Numbered from the stretch's first letter, positions 18,773 through 28,393 are shown. The stretch: DNA of 64,000 nucleotides from Candidatus Nanoarchaeia archaeon (GCA_035289605.1 DATDWR010000014.1:13798-77797), one strand, 5' to 3'. A program made the numbers and translations. The notes: generated by a model from the letters alone, not told the origin.

Positions 18773-19145
18773 TTAGTTTTCCTCCTATTCCTTTCTGAAG
18801 AGCCTCTTTGTGTGTCAGCACTCCTTGTGAGGTTGTGACTATGAATATGCCGAATCCTTTTGCAGGGAGATATCTCTTTTCAAAAAGCTCGTAAGTTTTT
18901 TTTGTGAATGAAAATCTTGGCTTTACTACTCCGCACCCGTTTATGCTTTTGTTAAGCTTAACGTTGATTGATCCGCCTTTGGCATTGTTCACCAAGACTG
19001 CATCTTCTACATACCCGTTCTCTTTGAGTAGGTTTAATACAGACATTATAAGTTTGGAGTAAGGCTTTACTAGGCATTCTCCCTTTCCCCTTCTCTCTGC
19101 ATTAAGTATGCTTGACATTACGTTTGATAATGGATCGTTCATCAT
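18756..19145 (-). CDS. rps8: 30S ribosomal protein S8 (uS8)
   Basis: DPLSNVMSSILNAERRGK start and GFGIFIVTTSQGVLTHKEA. Confidence 0.95.
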   Translation of the reverse strand: MMNDPLSNVMSSILNAERRGKGECLVKPYSKLIMSVLNLLKENGYVEDAVLVNNAKGGSINVKLNKSINGCGVVKPRFSFTKKTYELFEKRYLPAKGFGIFIVTTSQGVLTHKEALQKGIGGKLIAYCY

Positions 19146-19157
19146 TTTGTTTTTGCC

Positions 19158-19388
19158 TCAGCTGAATTTTTTAAATCCTATAAGTTTTGCTTGTTCCCTA
19201 AAGCAGGTTCTGCATAAGTTTATATCATAGCTTCTTATATGTGCGCCGTATCTTCCGCACGTTTTGCACTTTCTTGACCCTATTCCCATCTTTCTGGCTT
19301 TGGGTGTGTTGTGTTTTGCATATTTGTTTAATTTGGAAGGTTTTGCTTCCAGTTGCGCAAATACTTTTTTGTAGTCGCTAGTAGTCAT
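19158..19388 (-). CDS. rps14: 30S ribosomal protein S14 (uS14, zinc type)
   Basis: GSRKCKTCGRYGAHIRSYDINLCRTCFRE zinc ribbon. Confidence 0.9.
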   Translation of the reverse strand: MTTSDYKKVFAQLEAKPSKLNKYAKHNTPKARKMGIGSRKCKTCGRYGAHIRSYDINLCRTCFREQAKLIGFKKFS

Positions 19389-19900
19389 TCTTCCTCCGCT
19401 ATGTTTAGACCGAAGTTTGTTTTTAAAAACTGTAGTGTTTCTTCAGGTTTTATTCTGTGTCTTGCAGGGATTTTTTTGTTTTGTATGCTTCTGTTTTTAA
19501 TTCTGAATCCTGGTCTTGCTAATGTTACTGCTACTTCAAGACCTATCACGCCTATTGCAGGGTCATATTTCACTCCTGGTATGCTGATATATTCTTCTAT
19601 CCCAAATGAAAAATTTCCGCTCATGTCTATTTTTCTCTTGTAAATCTTGCTTTCAATGCCGATTAGTAGTCTTTTTAGAAGGTCTTCTGCTTTTTTTCCT
19701 CTTACTGTTGTCATGCAGGCAAGAGGCAGTTTTGGCCTTACTCCCCATGTTGGAATTCTTTTGTTGCTGCTGGTCTGCACAGCCTTGAGTCCTGTTATAG
19801 AGTTTAATAATTTCATTGCATTGTTAAGCTTGTCCCCAGGCCCTCCTACTCCTATGTTTAGTGTTACTTTTTCAATCTTGATTTCTTTCATTTTGTTCAT
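19385..19900 (-). CDS. rpl5: 50S ribosomal protein L5 (uL5)
   Basis: IEKVTLNIGVGGPGDKL..., and operon order. Confidence 0.95.
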   Translation of the reverse strand: MNKMKEIKIEKVTLNIGVGGPGDKLNNAMKLLNSITGLKAVQTSSNKRIPTWGVRPKLPLACMTTVRGKKAEDLLKRLLIGIESKIYKRKIDMSGNFSFGIEEYISIPGVKYDPAIGVIGLEVAVTLARPGFRIKNRSIQNKKIPARHRIKPEETLQFLKTNFGLNIAEEE

Positions 19901-20619
19901 TGTTCTGCCCCGATTTTAACTTCAGGCTTGTCTTTGCCTACTGGAAAAGCATAGTCCATTAATGTTATGTATTCTTTTCCTTCAGTTTGGATTACAACTT
20001 TTGCTTTTTCCAGGTTCTTTGCTTTGATTATCTGCTTTATTGTGCCTAGCTTGCCTACGTGTTTCCCGCCGCTTAGGAAGACTAGTGAATTTTCTTCAAG
20101 AGGCATGTTTTTTATTATTTCTTTTTTATCAAGGTCAAAGATTACTCCGTCTCCAACGTTTAGTTTCATTTCTTTTTCTTTTGCTGTTACATTTCTTCCG
20201 TCGTGAAATGTTATTTGCTGCGCTCCTTTCTTCAGTATAGTTTTCCTTACTATTTTGAGTGGTTTCAGTTTTGTTTCCTTTGCAGGTATTTCAAACAATG
20301 ATAATGTCCCGTCTTTTTTGTACAGCACTCTGAAATGCTTGCCTAAAGGTATTACTTCCAAGATGTCCATTAATCCTATTCCGAATTTGTAGTCTTTTCT
20401 TATTTTTTTGTCAACTTGCACATTTCCTTCATTTAGTATTTTGTTGACTTCTTTTGATGTCTTTGCATAGTTAAGAAGATTTTTTATAACAAAGCTTAGT
20501 GGCATGCTGGCTTGTAAAGGATGTGATCCAGGCATTGGTCTTGTTACCCATTTTTGTTCTTTTCTTTCTATTTTCCAGCTCTTTGGTGCTGCTATTTGTG
20601 ATAGGTGATTTTGTCCCAT
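19897..20619 (-). CDS. rps4e: 30S ribosomal protein S4e
   Basis: GQNHLSQIAAPKSWKIERKEQKWVTRPMPGSH start. Confidence 0.95.
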   Translation of the reverse strand: MGQNHLSQIAAPKSWKIERKEQKWVTRPMPGSHPLQASMPLSFVIKNLLNYAKTSKEVNKILNEGNVQVDKKIRKDYKFGIGLMDILEVIPLGKHFRVLYKKDGTLSLFEIPAKETKLKPLKIVRKTILKKGAQQITFHDGRNVTAKEKEMKLNVGDGVIFDLDKKEIIKNMPLEENSLVFLSGGKHVGKLGTIKQIIKAKNLEKAKVVIQTEGKEYITLMDYAFPVGKDKPEVKIGAEQ

Positions 20620-20621
20620 TT

Positions 20622-21002
20622 TTACTTTCTCTCAAGTGCTTTTTTTCTTGCCTTGTCCTCCATATTTAATTCTGTTATCATCAAGTTTGAGGGATGTATG
20701 CCGTAAGGAATTCTCGTGCCGTCTCTTTTTATTTGGTGTATTCCTTCAACGTACACTTTCCTGTGTTTTGTATCTACTTGTGTTACAATTCCTGTTTTGC
20801 TTTTGAACTGTCCTGTTGTAATCTTTACTTTGTCGTTTTTTCTGACTGGAATGTTTCTTTTCTTGTGTTTTGACCTTAGTTCTTTTGACAGTATTACTGA
20901 CATAAGTTTTCTGGCTATATGCAGCGGAGCATTGAATAAATATTTTCTCTGCTTTCTAGGCTGCTTGCTCGCTTTCCATGACTTGCTCCATTTTGTTTTC
21001 AT
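20622..21002 (-). CDS. rpl24: 50S ribosomal protein L24 (uL24)
   Basis: KOW motif VRKNDKVKITTGQFKSKTGIVTQV. Confidence 0.95.
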   Translation of the reverse strand: MKTKWSKSWKASKQPRKQRKYLFNAPLHIARKLMSVILSKELRSKHKKRNIPVRKNDKVKITTGQFKSKTGIVTQVDTKHRKVYVEGIHQIKRDGTRIPYGIHPSNLMITELNMEDKARKKALERK

Positions 21003-21400
21003 AGTATGCTCTTTGCTATTTTAGCTACTGCAGGCCATCTGGCTGCAACTTCCTTTGCTATTGGTCCTTTCACAAGTGTTCCTTTTGGGTTTCCTTTGTC
21101 ATCTTTTAATACTACTGCTGCATTGTCTTCGAATTTCACTCTTGTTCCGTCGCTTCTTCTGTATTCCTTTGTTTGTCTTACAATTATTGCATTGACTACT
21201 TTTTTTCTCATATCTGGAGAACCGCTCTTGACTGACGCAGTTACATAATCCCCAACTCCGCCGTATGGTTTTCTTCCCTTTACTGTTTTTTCTCCCTTGA
21301 AAGAGATTAGCCAGAGTATTTTTGCTCCTGAATTGTCGCATGCTGCTAGGAAGCTTCCTTTTTGCAGTCCCTTTGTTATTCTTGCCTTCACTGCTTTCAT
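20999..21400 (-). CDS. rpl14: 50S ribosomal protein L14 (uL14)
   Basis: LAACDNSGAKILWLISF... I prefer the start at 21400 (MKAVKARITKG), immediately after the S17 stop. Confidence 0.95.
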   Translation of the reverse strand: MKAVKARITKGLQKGSFLAACDNSGAKILWLISFKGEKTVKGRKPYGGVGDYVTASVKSGSPDMRKKVVNAIIVRQTKEYRRSDGTRVKFEDNAAVVLKDDKGNPKGTLVKGPIAKEVAARWPAVAKIAKSIL

Positions 21401-21729
21401 TGTAATTTCTCCACGACTACAAAATTCTTCGTTTTGCTTATTGGTCTGCACTCAACAATTCTTACTGCATCTCCAGTTTTTATTTCCATGCAGGCAGGGC
21501 TGTGCACGTGCAGTTTGCTTTTTCTTTTTTCATACCTTTGATATTTAGGAAGATAAAATAGTCTCGACCATTCAACTACTGCTGTTCTCTGGAGGTTTAT
21601 TTTGGTGACCTTTCCAAGGAAAGTCCTTCCTCTAACAGATAGTGAACCATGAAAAGCGCAGTTTTTGTCGTCGCACTCCTTGAAAGGCGCTTTTATTCCA
21701 AGCCCGATGTCTCTTGCTTTGCTGTTCAT
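21397..21729 (-). CDS. rps17: 30S ribosomal protein S17 (uS17)
   Basis: SVRGRTFLGKVTK...HSPACMEIKTGDAVRIVECRPISKTK. Confidence 0.95.
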   Translation of the reverse strand: MNSKARDIGLGIKAPFKECDDKNCAFHGSLSVRGRTFLGKVTKINLQRTAVVEWSRLFYLPKYQRYEKRKSKLHVHSPACMEIKTGDAVRIVECRPISKTKNFVVVEKLQ

Positions 21730-22061
21730 TTATCCTCCTTGATGACTATTGATTCTGGTTTGAATCCCAATTTTATCATTTCACCCTTTACTTTGTCTAC
21801 ATGATTTCCCTGCAGTTCTATTATGCCGTTTTTCATTGTTCCGCCGCACGCTAGTTTTGATTTTAGTTTTTTTGTTAGGTCTTTCAGGTTTATGGTTTTC
21901 TCGTCAAGCCCTTGTATTGTTGTAGCCAGCTTTCCAAATCTTCTCTTTCCAACAGTTATTGTTATTTTCTGTTCTTCTCTCGCTAGTGTTTCGCAGACGC
22001 ACAAGTCTTTTGGTAGTCCGCATACGTTGCATATTTCCATAATGCTATTAAGCACCTCCAA
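21726..22061 (-). CDS. sui1: translation initiation factor aSUI1 (eIF1 family)
   Basis: ITITVGKRRFGKLATTIQGLD...LKSKLACGGTMKNGIIELQGNH. Confidence 0.9.
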   Translation of the reverse strand: MEVLNSIMEICNVCGLPKDLCVCETLAREEQKITITVGKRRFGKLATTIQGLDEKTINLKDLTKKLKSKLACGGTMKNGIIELQGNHVDKVKGEMIKLGFKPESIVIKEDK

Positions 22062-22257
22062 CTTTTTTTTGGTTTTGCACTGTAAGTATTCTTGCTATGG
22101 CCCTTCTTAGTGCCCTTATTTTTCCAGGATTTTCTGGCTGCGTTCCTCTGCTTGCTTGAGCCCTTAATTTCATTAGTTCTTTTTTTATTTCTAGCATTCT
22201 CTTATTCATTTCTTCTGTGCTCATTTTTTTTAGTTCACTTTTTTTCAGTACTGCCAT
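22048..22257 (-). CDS. rpl29: 50S ribosomal protein L29 (uL29)
   Basis: ELKKMSTEEMNKRMLEIKKELMKLRAQ. Confidence 0.9.
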   Translation of the reverse strand: MAVLKKSELKKMSTEEMNKRMLEIKKELMKLRAQASRGTQPENPGKIRALRRAIARILTVQNQKKVGGA

Positions 22258-22897
22258 CTTCTTTCTTTTCCTCGCTTGCTTGAACTTCCTGTTTTTTTTC
22301 TTGCCTTAGTGTTATAGAGTCTGGAAGCATAACATCAGGATGTAGTATGCTTACTTTTATTCCTACAGTTCCCGATCTTAGGTTGCATGCTTCATTAGCT
22401 CTGTCCATAAAGCTTTCTGAGATATCTCCTGATTTTTTTAAATACCCTGATAAGAATCTCCAGCTTTTTGCTCTTTCGCCAGGCACTCCTCTTCCAGATA
22501 TGACTATTTCTATTCCTTTGGCTCCTGCTCTAATGCTGTCTTCTAGTGCTTTGTATGCCATTGCTTTGAATCTTTTTGGTCCGAACCTTTCAAAGCCGTT
22601 TATTAAGTTTCTGGCAACTGAAGCAGCATCTAGGTATGGGTTTTCTATTTCAACAACTTCAAGTTCAGGGTTTTCCATTTTGAATTTTGTTTTGAGCATG
22701 TCTGTTACTTTTTTTATGTTCGTTCCTCTTTTGCCGACGATTAGTCCGGGTTTTGAGGTGTATACGCTGATCTTTTCTCCTAATGGGGTTCTCTGCATTT
22801 TCACATGGCTGCAGTTCTGCCTGCCAAATATGGAAAATATGTATTCCTCTATTTGTTTTTCCCTAACCTTTTGTGCCACTATCTGTCTTTCTATCAT
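22235..22897 (-). CDS. rps3: 30S ribosomal protein S3 (uS3)
   Basis: KH domain LIVGKRGTNIKKV, and operon order. Confidence 0.95.
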   Translation of the reverse strand: MIERQIVAQKVREKQIEEYIFSIFGRQNCSHVKMQRTPLGEKISVYTSKPGLIVGKRGTNIKKVTDMLKTKFKMENPELEVVEIENPYLDAASVARNLINGFERFGPKRFKAMAYKALEDSIRAGAKGIEIVISGRGVPGERAKSWRFLSGYLKKSGDISESFMDRANEACNLRSGTVGIKVSILHPDVMLPDSITLRQEKKQEVQASEEKKEDGSTEKK

Positions 22898-23312
22898 TTG
22901 CTATCTCCTGTGCTCTTATTTCTACATGAGTGTTTTTCATTTTCATTCTTCCCTTTCTTCCATATCTTAGTCTTCTGTCTGCTCTGTCTGCTTTCGCAAA
23001 TGTGATTATTAAATTTGTGTTCATGCCTTTGTTTCCTGCATTAGCTTCCAGAGTGTTCAGCAGTTTAAGGAAAGTCCTGCTAGCATTTGCTGGATACCTT
23101 CCAGGTCCTGTTCTTCCCTTTTTGTGTCCTAAGTCAAAGTTGAATCTTCTCACTTTTAATGCTCTTTTTTGGTTTGAGATGTCTTCTAGAAGTCTTTTAG
23201 CAGACTCTAGTTTCATTCCTCTTATGTTGGAGCATATTTCTATTGACATCTTGGTTGATATCCCAAGACCCCTCCCGACAACTGTGGCATAGCTTTTATT
23301 TTCCATTTTCAT
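22863..23312 (-). CDS. rpl22: 50S ribosomal protein L22 (uL22)
   Basis: GLGISTKMSIEICSNIRGMKLESAKRLLEDI... Confidence 0.95.
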   Translation of the reverse strand: MKMENKSYATVVGRGLGISTKMSIEICSNIRGMKLESAKRLLEDISNQKRALKVRRFNFDLGHKKGRTGPGRYPANASRTFLKLLNTLEANAGNKGMNTNLIITFAKADRADRRLRYGRKGRMKMKNTHVEIRAQEIANDRKTDSGTKG

Positions 23313-23704
23313 TTGACTGACATTGCTGCGCTTGATTTTGTTGCTCCTATTCCTGGTGCCGAGTGTTGTACTTTTTTCCTTGTCATTGCGAACTCTCCAA
23401 GATAATGTCCTATCATGTCTTCCTCTATTGTTACAGGAACAAATTCCCTTCCAGCATGAATATGTATCGTTAGACCAACCATATTGGGCATGATTATCAT
23501 GTCTCTGCAGTGAGTCTTTATAAGTTTTGAAAATTTTCCGTCTTTTGCTTTTTTTATTTTCATTAGTAATTTTTTCTGCTGTTCTGTAAATCCTCTCTTT
23601 AATACCCTCTTCTCTCTGGAGTTCATGTAAGCTAGAAGTTCTTTTTGTTCAAGTTTTGCTAATTCTGTAATATTTTTTCCTCTGTAGGTTTGTTCTTTTT
23701 TCAT
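23309..23704 (-). CDS. rps19: 30S ribosomal protein S19 (uS19)
   Basis: MVGLTIHIHAGREFVPVTIEEDMIGHYLGEFAMTRK. Confidence 0.95.
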   Translation of the reverse strand: MKKEQTYRGKNITELAKLEQKELLAYMNSREKRVLKRGFTEQQKKLLMKIKKAKDGKFSKLIKTHCRDMIIMPNMVGLTIHIHAGREFVPVTIEEDMIGHYLGEFAMTRKKVQHSAPGIGATKSSAAMSVK

Positions 23705-24420
23705 CTTATCCTTCCTGTTCTTCTTGCTCTTACTTGTCCGACTTTTCTTCCTGGTGGCGCATGTCTCGGAGCTACCGAAGGTTTTCCCATGTGCCTTCCT
23801 CTTCCGCTTCCGAAAGGATGTTCAACTGCATTCATCGCGACAGCAGATGTGATTGGGTAAAGTTTGCCTTTCGCCCTCATGGCATGCCATCTTTTTCCTG
23901 CCTTGACAAATGGTTTTTCAGGCCTTCCTCCGCCAGCTACTGTTCCTATTGAAGCCATGCAGTTTCCGTCGAAAGCTTTTTCCTTCTTTGAAGGCATTAG
24001 TAATATGACACTTTCTTTTGTCCTTGATAATATTTTAGCAAATGTTCCTGAGGCTCTGACAAATTTTCCGCCATCTCCTTTTGTTTTTTCTACGTTATAT
24101 ACATCTGTTCCTATTGGTATTTCTGATAATAACATTGTGTTTCCTTTCTTGATTTCTGTCTTGTTTCCTATTGAAATGTTGTCCCCTACAGCTATGCCTT
24201 CAGGCGCGATTATATACCCTTCATCTCCATCATCATATCTTATCAATGCCAAAGGTGCGCTGTGTGCCGGGCTGTGTTCTAGTTTGGTTACTGTCCCGAA
24301 TGCTGCTTCTATTTTTGGAATGTTAATTTTGTGTCTTGCTTCTCCCTTGTATCTGTGTTTAAGGCTGACATACCTTCTTGTTCCCCTTCCTCTCTTCTGG
24401 CTTGTTATTCTTTTTCCCAT
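23701..24420 (-). CDS. rpl2: 50S ribosomal protein L2 (uL2)
   Basis: AMNAVEHPFGSGRGRHMGKPSVAPRHAPPGRKVG. Confidence 0.95.
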   Translation of the reverse strand: MGKRITSQKRGRGTRRYVSLKHRYKGEARHKINIPKIEAAFGTVTKLEHSPAHSAPLALIRYDDGDEGYIIAPEGIAVGDNISIGNKTEIKKGNTMLLSEIPIGTDVYNVEKTKGDGGKFVRASGTFAKILSRTKESVILLMPSKKEKAFDGNCMASIGTVAGGGRPEKPFVKAGKRWHAMRAKGKLYPITSAVAMNAVEHPFGSGRGRHMGKPSVAPRHAPPGRKVGQVRARRTGRIR

Positions 24421-24421
24421 T

Positions 24422-24685
24422 TTACATTAGCCCCAACCTTGTCATTATATTTATTGCAGGGTTTTGCTTGCTTAGTTTTACATATGCTCTCTTTTGTCCC
24501 TTATTAGATAAATATGTATTTACTGAATCAACTTTTACTTCAAAGGCCTGTTCAACTGCCTTTTTTATGTCTTCTTTTTTTGCCTTCATGTCCACCACAA
24601 ATAATAATTTGTTTTCTCTTTCCATCAGTCTTACTATTTTCTCTGTGCTTAATGGATACTTTAGTATTGTATATGGATCTTTCAT
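24422..24685 (-). CDS. rpl23: 50S ribosomal protein L23 (uL23)
   Basis: MKDPYTILKYPLSTEK start at 24685, directly after the L4 stop. The track's extension to 24751 overlaps L4. Confidence 0.9.
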   Translation of the reverse strand: MKDPYTILKYPLSTEKIVRLMERENKLLFVVDMKAKKEDIKKAVEQAFEVKVDSVNTYLSNKGQKRAYVKLSKQNPAINIMTRLGLM

Positions 24686-25452
24686 TTCTTGTCTCCTAAA
24701 AATAATTTTTCTTTGGATAATATCTCCATTGCTTCTTTTGTCCACAGGCATTCTCGTGGTAATTCATGTCCAAGGGTTAATATTGCTGCATTTAGCTTAT
24801 TGACTTCTATAATATCAAATCCTGGAATTGAATTTGCAGATTTCATCAGGTTGCATTTTTTGCTTACTACTATTAGCGCATTTTTCTTGTATCTTTTTTC
24901 TCTTCCTCTTGTTTTTCCTTTTCCAGGTCTTCTCCTTTCAACTTTCGCTGCATTTATCCCTATTTTTTCAAATACTTTTTTGAGTTCTTTTGTTTTTGAT
25001 ATTTCTTCAATTTTATTTTCCACAATTTTAAGCTTATTTTGTAAAGCAATTCCTGATAGTGCGCTTCTTATTGCTTTTCTTCTCTCTTTTTTGTTTATTT
25101 TTTGTGTCCATATCTTTTCTGCTTTTGGAGGGTGCGCTCTTCTTCCGCCTTTTGTTCCTGGCGCTAGCGCTCCTTCCCACCCAAACTGCATTCCTCTTTT
25201 CCACATCGTTTTTCTTGGTACTCTTGATATTCCTTTTCCGTATGATCCTTTGTAGTTTCTTCTCCTTCTGGAAAGTTTTGCGCTTACTCCTTGTCCTGCT
25301 TTTGGCATTGCACCGTATGGCTGTCTGTTGTTGTTTTCTATTACAAGTATTGCTCTTCTTACCAAGTTAGGTTCGTATTCCTCATTGAATTGTTCTGGCA
25401 GTTCTAAGCTTCCTATTTTATTTCCTTCTAAGCTAAAAATATCTACTTTCAT
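24682..25452 (-). CDS. rpl4: 50S ribosomal protein L4 (uL4)
   Basis: uL4 sequence, located between L3 and L23. Confidence 0.95.
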   Translation of the reverse strand: MKVDIFSLEGNKIGSLELPEQFNEEYEPNLVRRAILVIENNNRQPYGAMPKAGQGVSAKLSRRRRNYKGSYGKGISRVPRKTMWKRGMQFGWEGALAPGTKGGRRAHPPKAEKIWTQKINKKERRKAIRSALSGIALQNKLKIVENKIEEISKTKELKKVFEKIGINAAKVERRRPGKGKTRGREKRYKKNALIVVSKKCNLMKSANSIPGFDIIEVNKLNAAILTLGHELPRECLWTKEAMEILSKEKLFLGDKK

Positions 25453-26432
25453 TGTTTGCTCTCCGTGCTTACGTAAGTTAGTTCAACTTGGTTTCCTAGT
25501 GGCTTTGAATTTCTTATAGAATTTGTAAAAGTGATTAGTCTTTTTGCAGGTCCGGGCACTGATCCTTTTATTATTACATAGTCTCCTTTTACTAGTCCGT
25601 AATGAAGGAATCCTCCTTTAGGGTTGACTTTTTCTGAATTGCTGTCTATTAATATTAGGTCTTTGCTGTACTCAGTTCTTAGGTTGTATCCCATTCTTCC
25701 TGATGCCGGAACCCCCCATAATATTTTTCTTGGCCTTAACGGTCCGTAAACTACTCCCCTTCTTTTCTTTTCAGCCTTGTGCGCTTTCAATTGTGCTCCA
25801 TGTCTTTTTACTACACCCTGAAATCCTTTTCCTTTTGTTACAGAGTGGACATCTACTTTTATTCCCTGCTTCATTACTTCATTTATTTTTATTTCTTTGT
25901 CTAGAAGTTTTTTTGCATATTCTAATTTTGATTTTATATCATTGCCGCCAATTCCCATCTCAAATAATTCCGGAGTTTTTTTTCCTAATCCTGATTTTTT
26001 TGGTTGTGTGTAAACATTTACTCTAACATCTGTGTATTCTTCAATTTTGCTTTCTATTTCACTCAAGCTTGCTTTCTGTTTTTTTGGCATGCTTAATTTT
26101 CTTTCCAGCTCTTTGTCTAGTTTAGGGTTTAATACTTCTTTTGCAAGTTTTAACCCGTAAGTGTCTCTTTTGTATAATCTTATTGAGTATAATTTTAGTG
26201 CTGGGCATTCTATTACAGTTACAGGCCAGACAATTTCTTCTCCTTTTGTGTGTGACCATGGCCTGCTGTCTTTTAAGGCTATATGTGTCATTCCTGCCTT
26301 GTATCCTGCAAATCCTAGTAGTGTTGTATTCTTTTCATTCGCCCATGCTTTTATTTGTGCATATGGTCTTTGAGACTTCTTTCTAGGCCAGAACTGTAGG
26401 CTGCTGTGTCTTGGTCTTCTTACATTTGCCAT
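25449..26432 (-). CDS. rpl3: 50S ribosomal protein L3 (uL3)
   Basis: RRPRHSSLQFWPRKK start and FQGVVKRHG. This is the first gene of the operon. Confidence 0.95.
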   Translation of the reverse strand: MANVRRPRHSSLQFWPRKKSQRPYAQIKAWANEKNTTLLGFAGYKAGMTHIALKDSRPWSHTKGEEIVWPVTVIECPALKLYSIRLYKRDTYGLKLAKEVLNPKLDKELERKLSMPKKQKASLSEIESKIEEYTDVRVNVYTQPKKSGLGKKTPELFEMGIGGNDIKSKLEYAKKLLDKEIKINEVMKQGIKVDVHSVTKGKGFQGVVKRHGAQLKAHKAEKKRRGVVYGPLRPRKILWGVPASGRMGYNLRTEYSKDLILIDSNSEKVNPKGGFLHYGLVKGDYVIIKGSVPGPAKRLITFTNSIRNSKPLGNQVELTYVSTESKQ

Positions 26433-26607
26433 GTTTTATCTTGCAACTTTTACTTTGGTTTTAAACCTTTTGCTTCATGAGATTCCTTTTTAGAAGTCGA
26501 CGACTTTCTGCATCAGTAGGGTAATATTGAGGATTTTATAGCTGTTTATAAATTTAACTGTATCAAACTACAGAAATAGTTATTTAGTATTAGTCTTCTA
26601 ATAAAAT

Positions 26608-27036
26608 ATGGGTGTTGATGAATTTGATCCTGGAGAAATTAAGAAAAAATGTAGAGATCCAGATTTGGAAGAAATTATAGGTAGGACTGGTGTTGATTGG
26701 CTTTTCGCTGTAACTAGTGCTATGAATGGTGGAAATAATCTGTACATATCATATATTCACGAGGGTTCTGCTATTGGAGATGCCTTTAAGGTGCTTTCAG
26801 TTTTATCTTTTTCAGCTAGTGCTATTGAAATCTTAAGGGGCATACTTTCCAAAGCTCTTCCTGAGAGGGCCTATGATTTTCTCAACAAAACTTCTTCTGT
26901 TGTTGGTCTTCTTTCAGCAGCTGGCTCGTCATTGTCTCAGTTTGTAGTTCCAATGAAGCCTTTTTTTAGGGTGTTTACTCCATTAACTGCTGCTTATTAT
27001 GGGTGGAAAACCTACAAACTGTTTAAAGAATATTAG
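26608..27036 (+). CDS. hypothetical protein (possibly membrane-associated)
   Basis: 142-aa ORF divergent from the r-protein operon, with no recognised motif. Confidence 0.45.
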   Translation: MGVDEFDPGEIKKKCRDPDLEEIIGRTGVDWLFAVTSAMNGGNNLYISYIHEGSAIGDAFKVLSVLSFSASAIEILRGILSKALPERAYDFLNKTSSVVGLLSAAGSSLSQFVVPMKPFFRVFTPLTAAYYGWKTYKLFKEY

Positions 27037-27070
27037 CTATTTTTATATATGAATGTGCAAATAATATTAT

Positions 27071-28210
27071 ATGATTAAAAAGTTAATTATTCTAGTTATT
27101 GTTGTTGTCCTAACTTATTATTTAATAACTAATTTTACTTTAAGGCCCTCTGTTAAGCCTGATTCTCTTGATTTTGTTGAGCTTCCTTCAGGATTTAAGA
27201 TTGAAGTTTTTGAGGATAACTTAGGTGGTTCTTCTGTTTCTACTCCAGGTCCGAACAAAGGCCCAAGGTTGATGGCATTTAAGGATGATACAGTTTTTGT
27301 TGCTATTCCTAGCGAAGGTCAAGTTATTGCTTTAGAGGATAAAAATAAAGATTCTCAGGTTGAAACTAGAAAAATATTTATAAGTGATTTGAACAGGCCT
27401 CACAGCATTTCTTTTTATGATGACTGGATTTACATCACAGAAGAGGATAAGGTAATTAGGGTTAATGATAATGACAAGGATAACATCGCTGACTTGGAAA
27501 CAAAGAAAAATTTAGTAAGCCTGCCATCTGGAGGTCATTGGACTAGAACTGCTAAGATTATTGATGATAATTTGTTTATTTCTGTAGGTTCTAGTTGTAA
27601 TGTTTGTTTGGAGGAGGACAAACGCAGAGCCACTATACAAAAATGCGATCTTGATGGAAAGAATTGCAAGACTTTTGCTTCAGGTTTAAGAAATTCAGTT
27701 GATTTTATAGAACATGACAGTAAAATTTATGCTACTGATAACGGTCGCGATTCTTTAGGAAGGGATATTCCTCCTGAAGAGATTAATATTATTGAAGAAA
27801 GTAAGAATTATGGCTGGCCAGCCTGTTACGGCAACAGAATTCACGATACGGATTTTGATAAAAAGGTCTATATCAGATATCCTTGTCTTGATACAGAGCA
27901 TCCTTTTGTTGAGTTGCAGGCTCATTCTGCTCCTCTTGGTTTGGAATTTTATAAGGGTAATAAATTTCCTGAAGAATACAAGAATAATTTGTTTGTTGCC
28001 TATCATGGTTCTTGGGATCGTGATCCTCCTACTGGTTATAAAATAATTACTGTAGATCTAGATACAAAAGAAGTAAAGGATTTTGCTACTGGCTGGCTTT
28101 ATGGTCCTGTTGTCAGAGGTCGTCCTGTTGGTATTATAAATTTTAGGGACTCTCTTCTTGTTTCTGATGATAATGCTGGAAAGATTTATAGAATTTATTA
28201 TGAAGGCTAA
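27071..28210 (+). CDS. PQQ-dependent sugar (glucose/sorbosone) dehydrogenase-like beta-propeller, N-terminal TM anchor
   Basis: NYGWPACYG motif, GHWTRT and other propeller-blade motifs, and an N-terminal TM (LIILVIVVVLTYYLI). Confidence 0.75.
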   Translation: MIKKLIILVIVVVLTYYLITNFTLRPSVKPDSLDFVELPSGFKIEVFEDNLGGSSVSTPGPNKGPRLMAFKDDTVFVAIPSEGQVIALEDKNKDSQVETRKIFISDLNRPHSISFYDDWIYITEEDKVIRVNDNDKDNIADLETKKNLVSLPSGGHWTRTAKIIDDNLFISVGSSCNVCLEEDKRRATIQKCDLDGKNCKTFASGLRNSVDFIEHDSKIYATDNGRDSLGRDIPPEEINIIEESKNYGWPACYGNRIHDTDFDKKVYIRYPCLDTEHPFVELQAHSAPLGLEFYKGNKFPEEYKNNLFVAYHGSWDRDPPTGYKIITVDLDTKEVKDFATGWLYGPVVRGRPVGIINFRDSLLVSDDNAGKIYRIYYEG

Positions 28211-28231
28211 TTCTATTAACAGCTGTTTGTA

Positions 28232-28393
28232 TTAAGACAAAAATTTTACTCTTTTTACTAATGAATTACTTATCTTGTGCTTTGTTATAAATTCTTTCCA
28301 TGAGACATATTTTAGTTTTTCTTGTTCCGGAAGTACGCAGATGTTTAAGTGGTTATTGAATAGTTGTAGGAATTCTTTTCTGTTTATTTTCAT
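28232..28393 (-). CDS. 53-aa ORF within repeat copy B (transposase C-terminus-like; may be non-functional)
   Basis: MKINRKEFLQLFNNHLNICVLPEQEKLKYVSWKEFITKHKISNSLVKRVKFLS. It is homologous to the out-of-frame tail of the 9.7-10.0 kb transposase remnant. Confidence 0.3.
   Translation of the reverse strand: MKINRKEFLQLFNNHLNICVLPEQEKLKYVSWKEFITKHKISNSLVKRVKFLS

Noticed and set aside
16094-26386. Numerous plus-strand and alternative-frame ORFs across the ribosomal operon (for example 17650..18177, 22347..22970, 23864..24430, 24689..25255, 25703..26026)
   Set aside because: All are antisense to, or out of frame with, unmistakable r-protein genes and have low-complexity Leu/Phe/Ser-rich translations.
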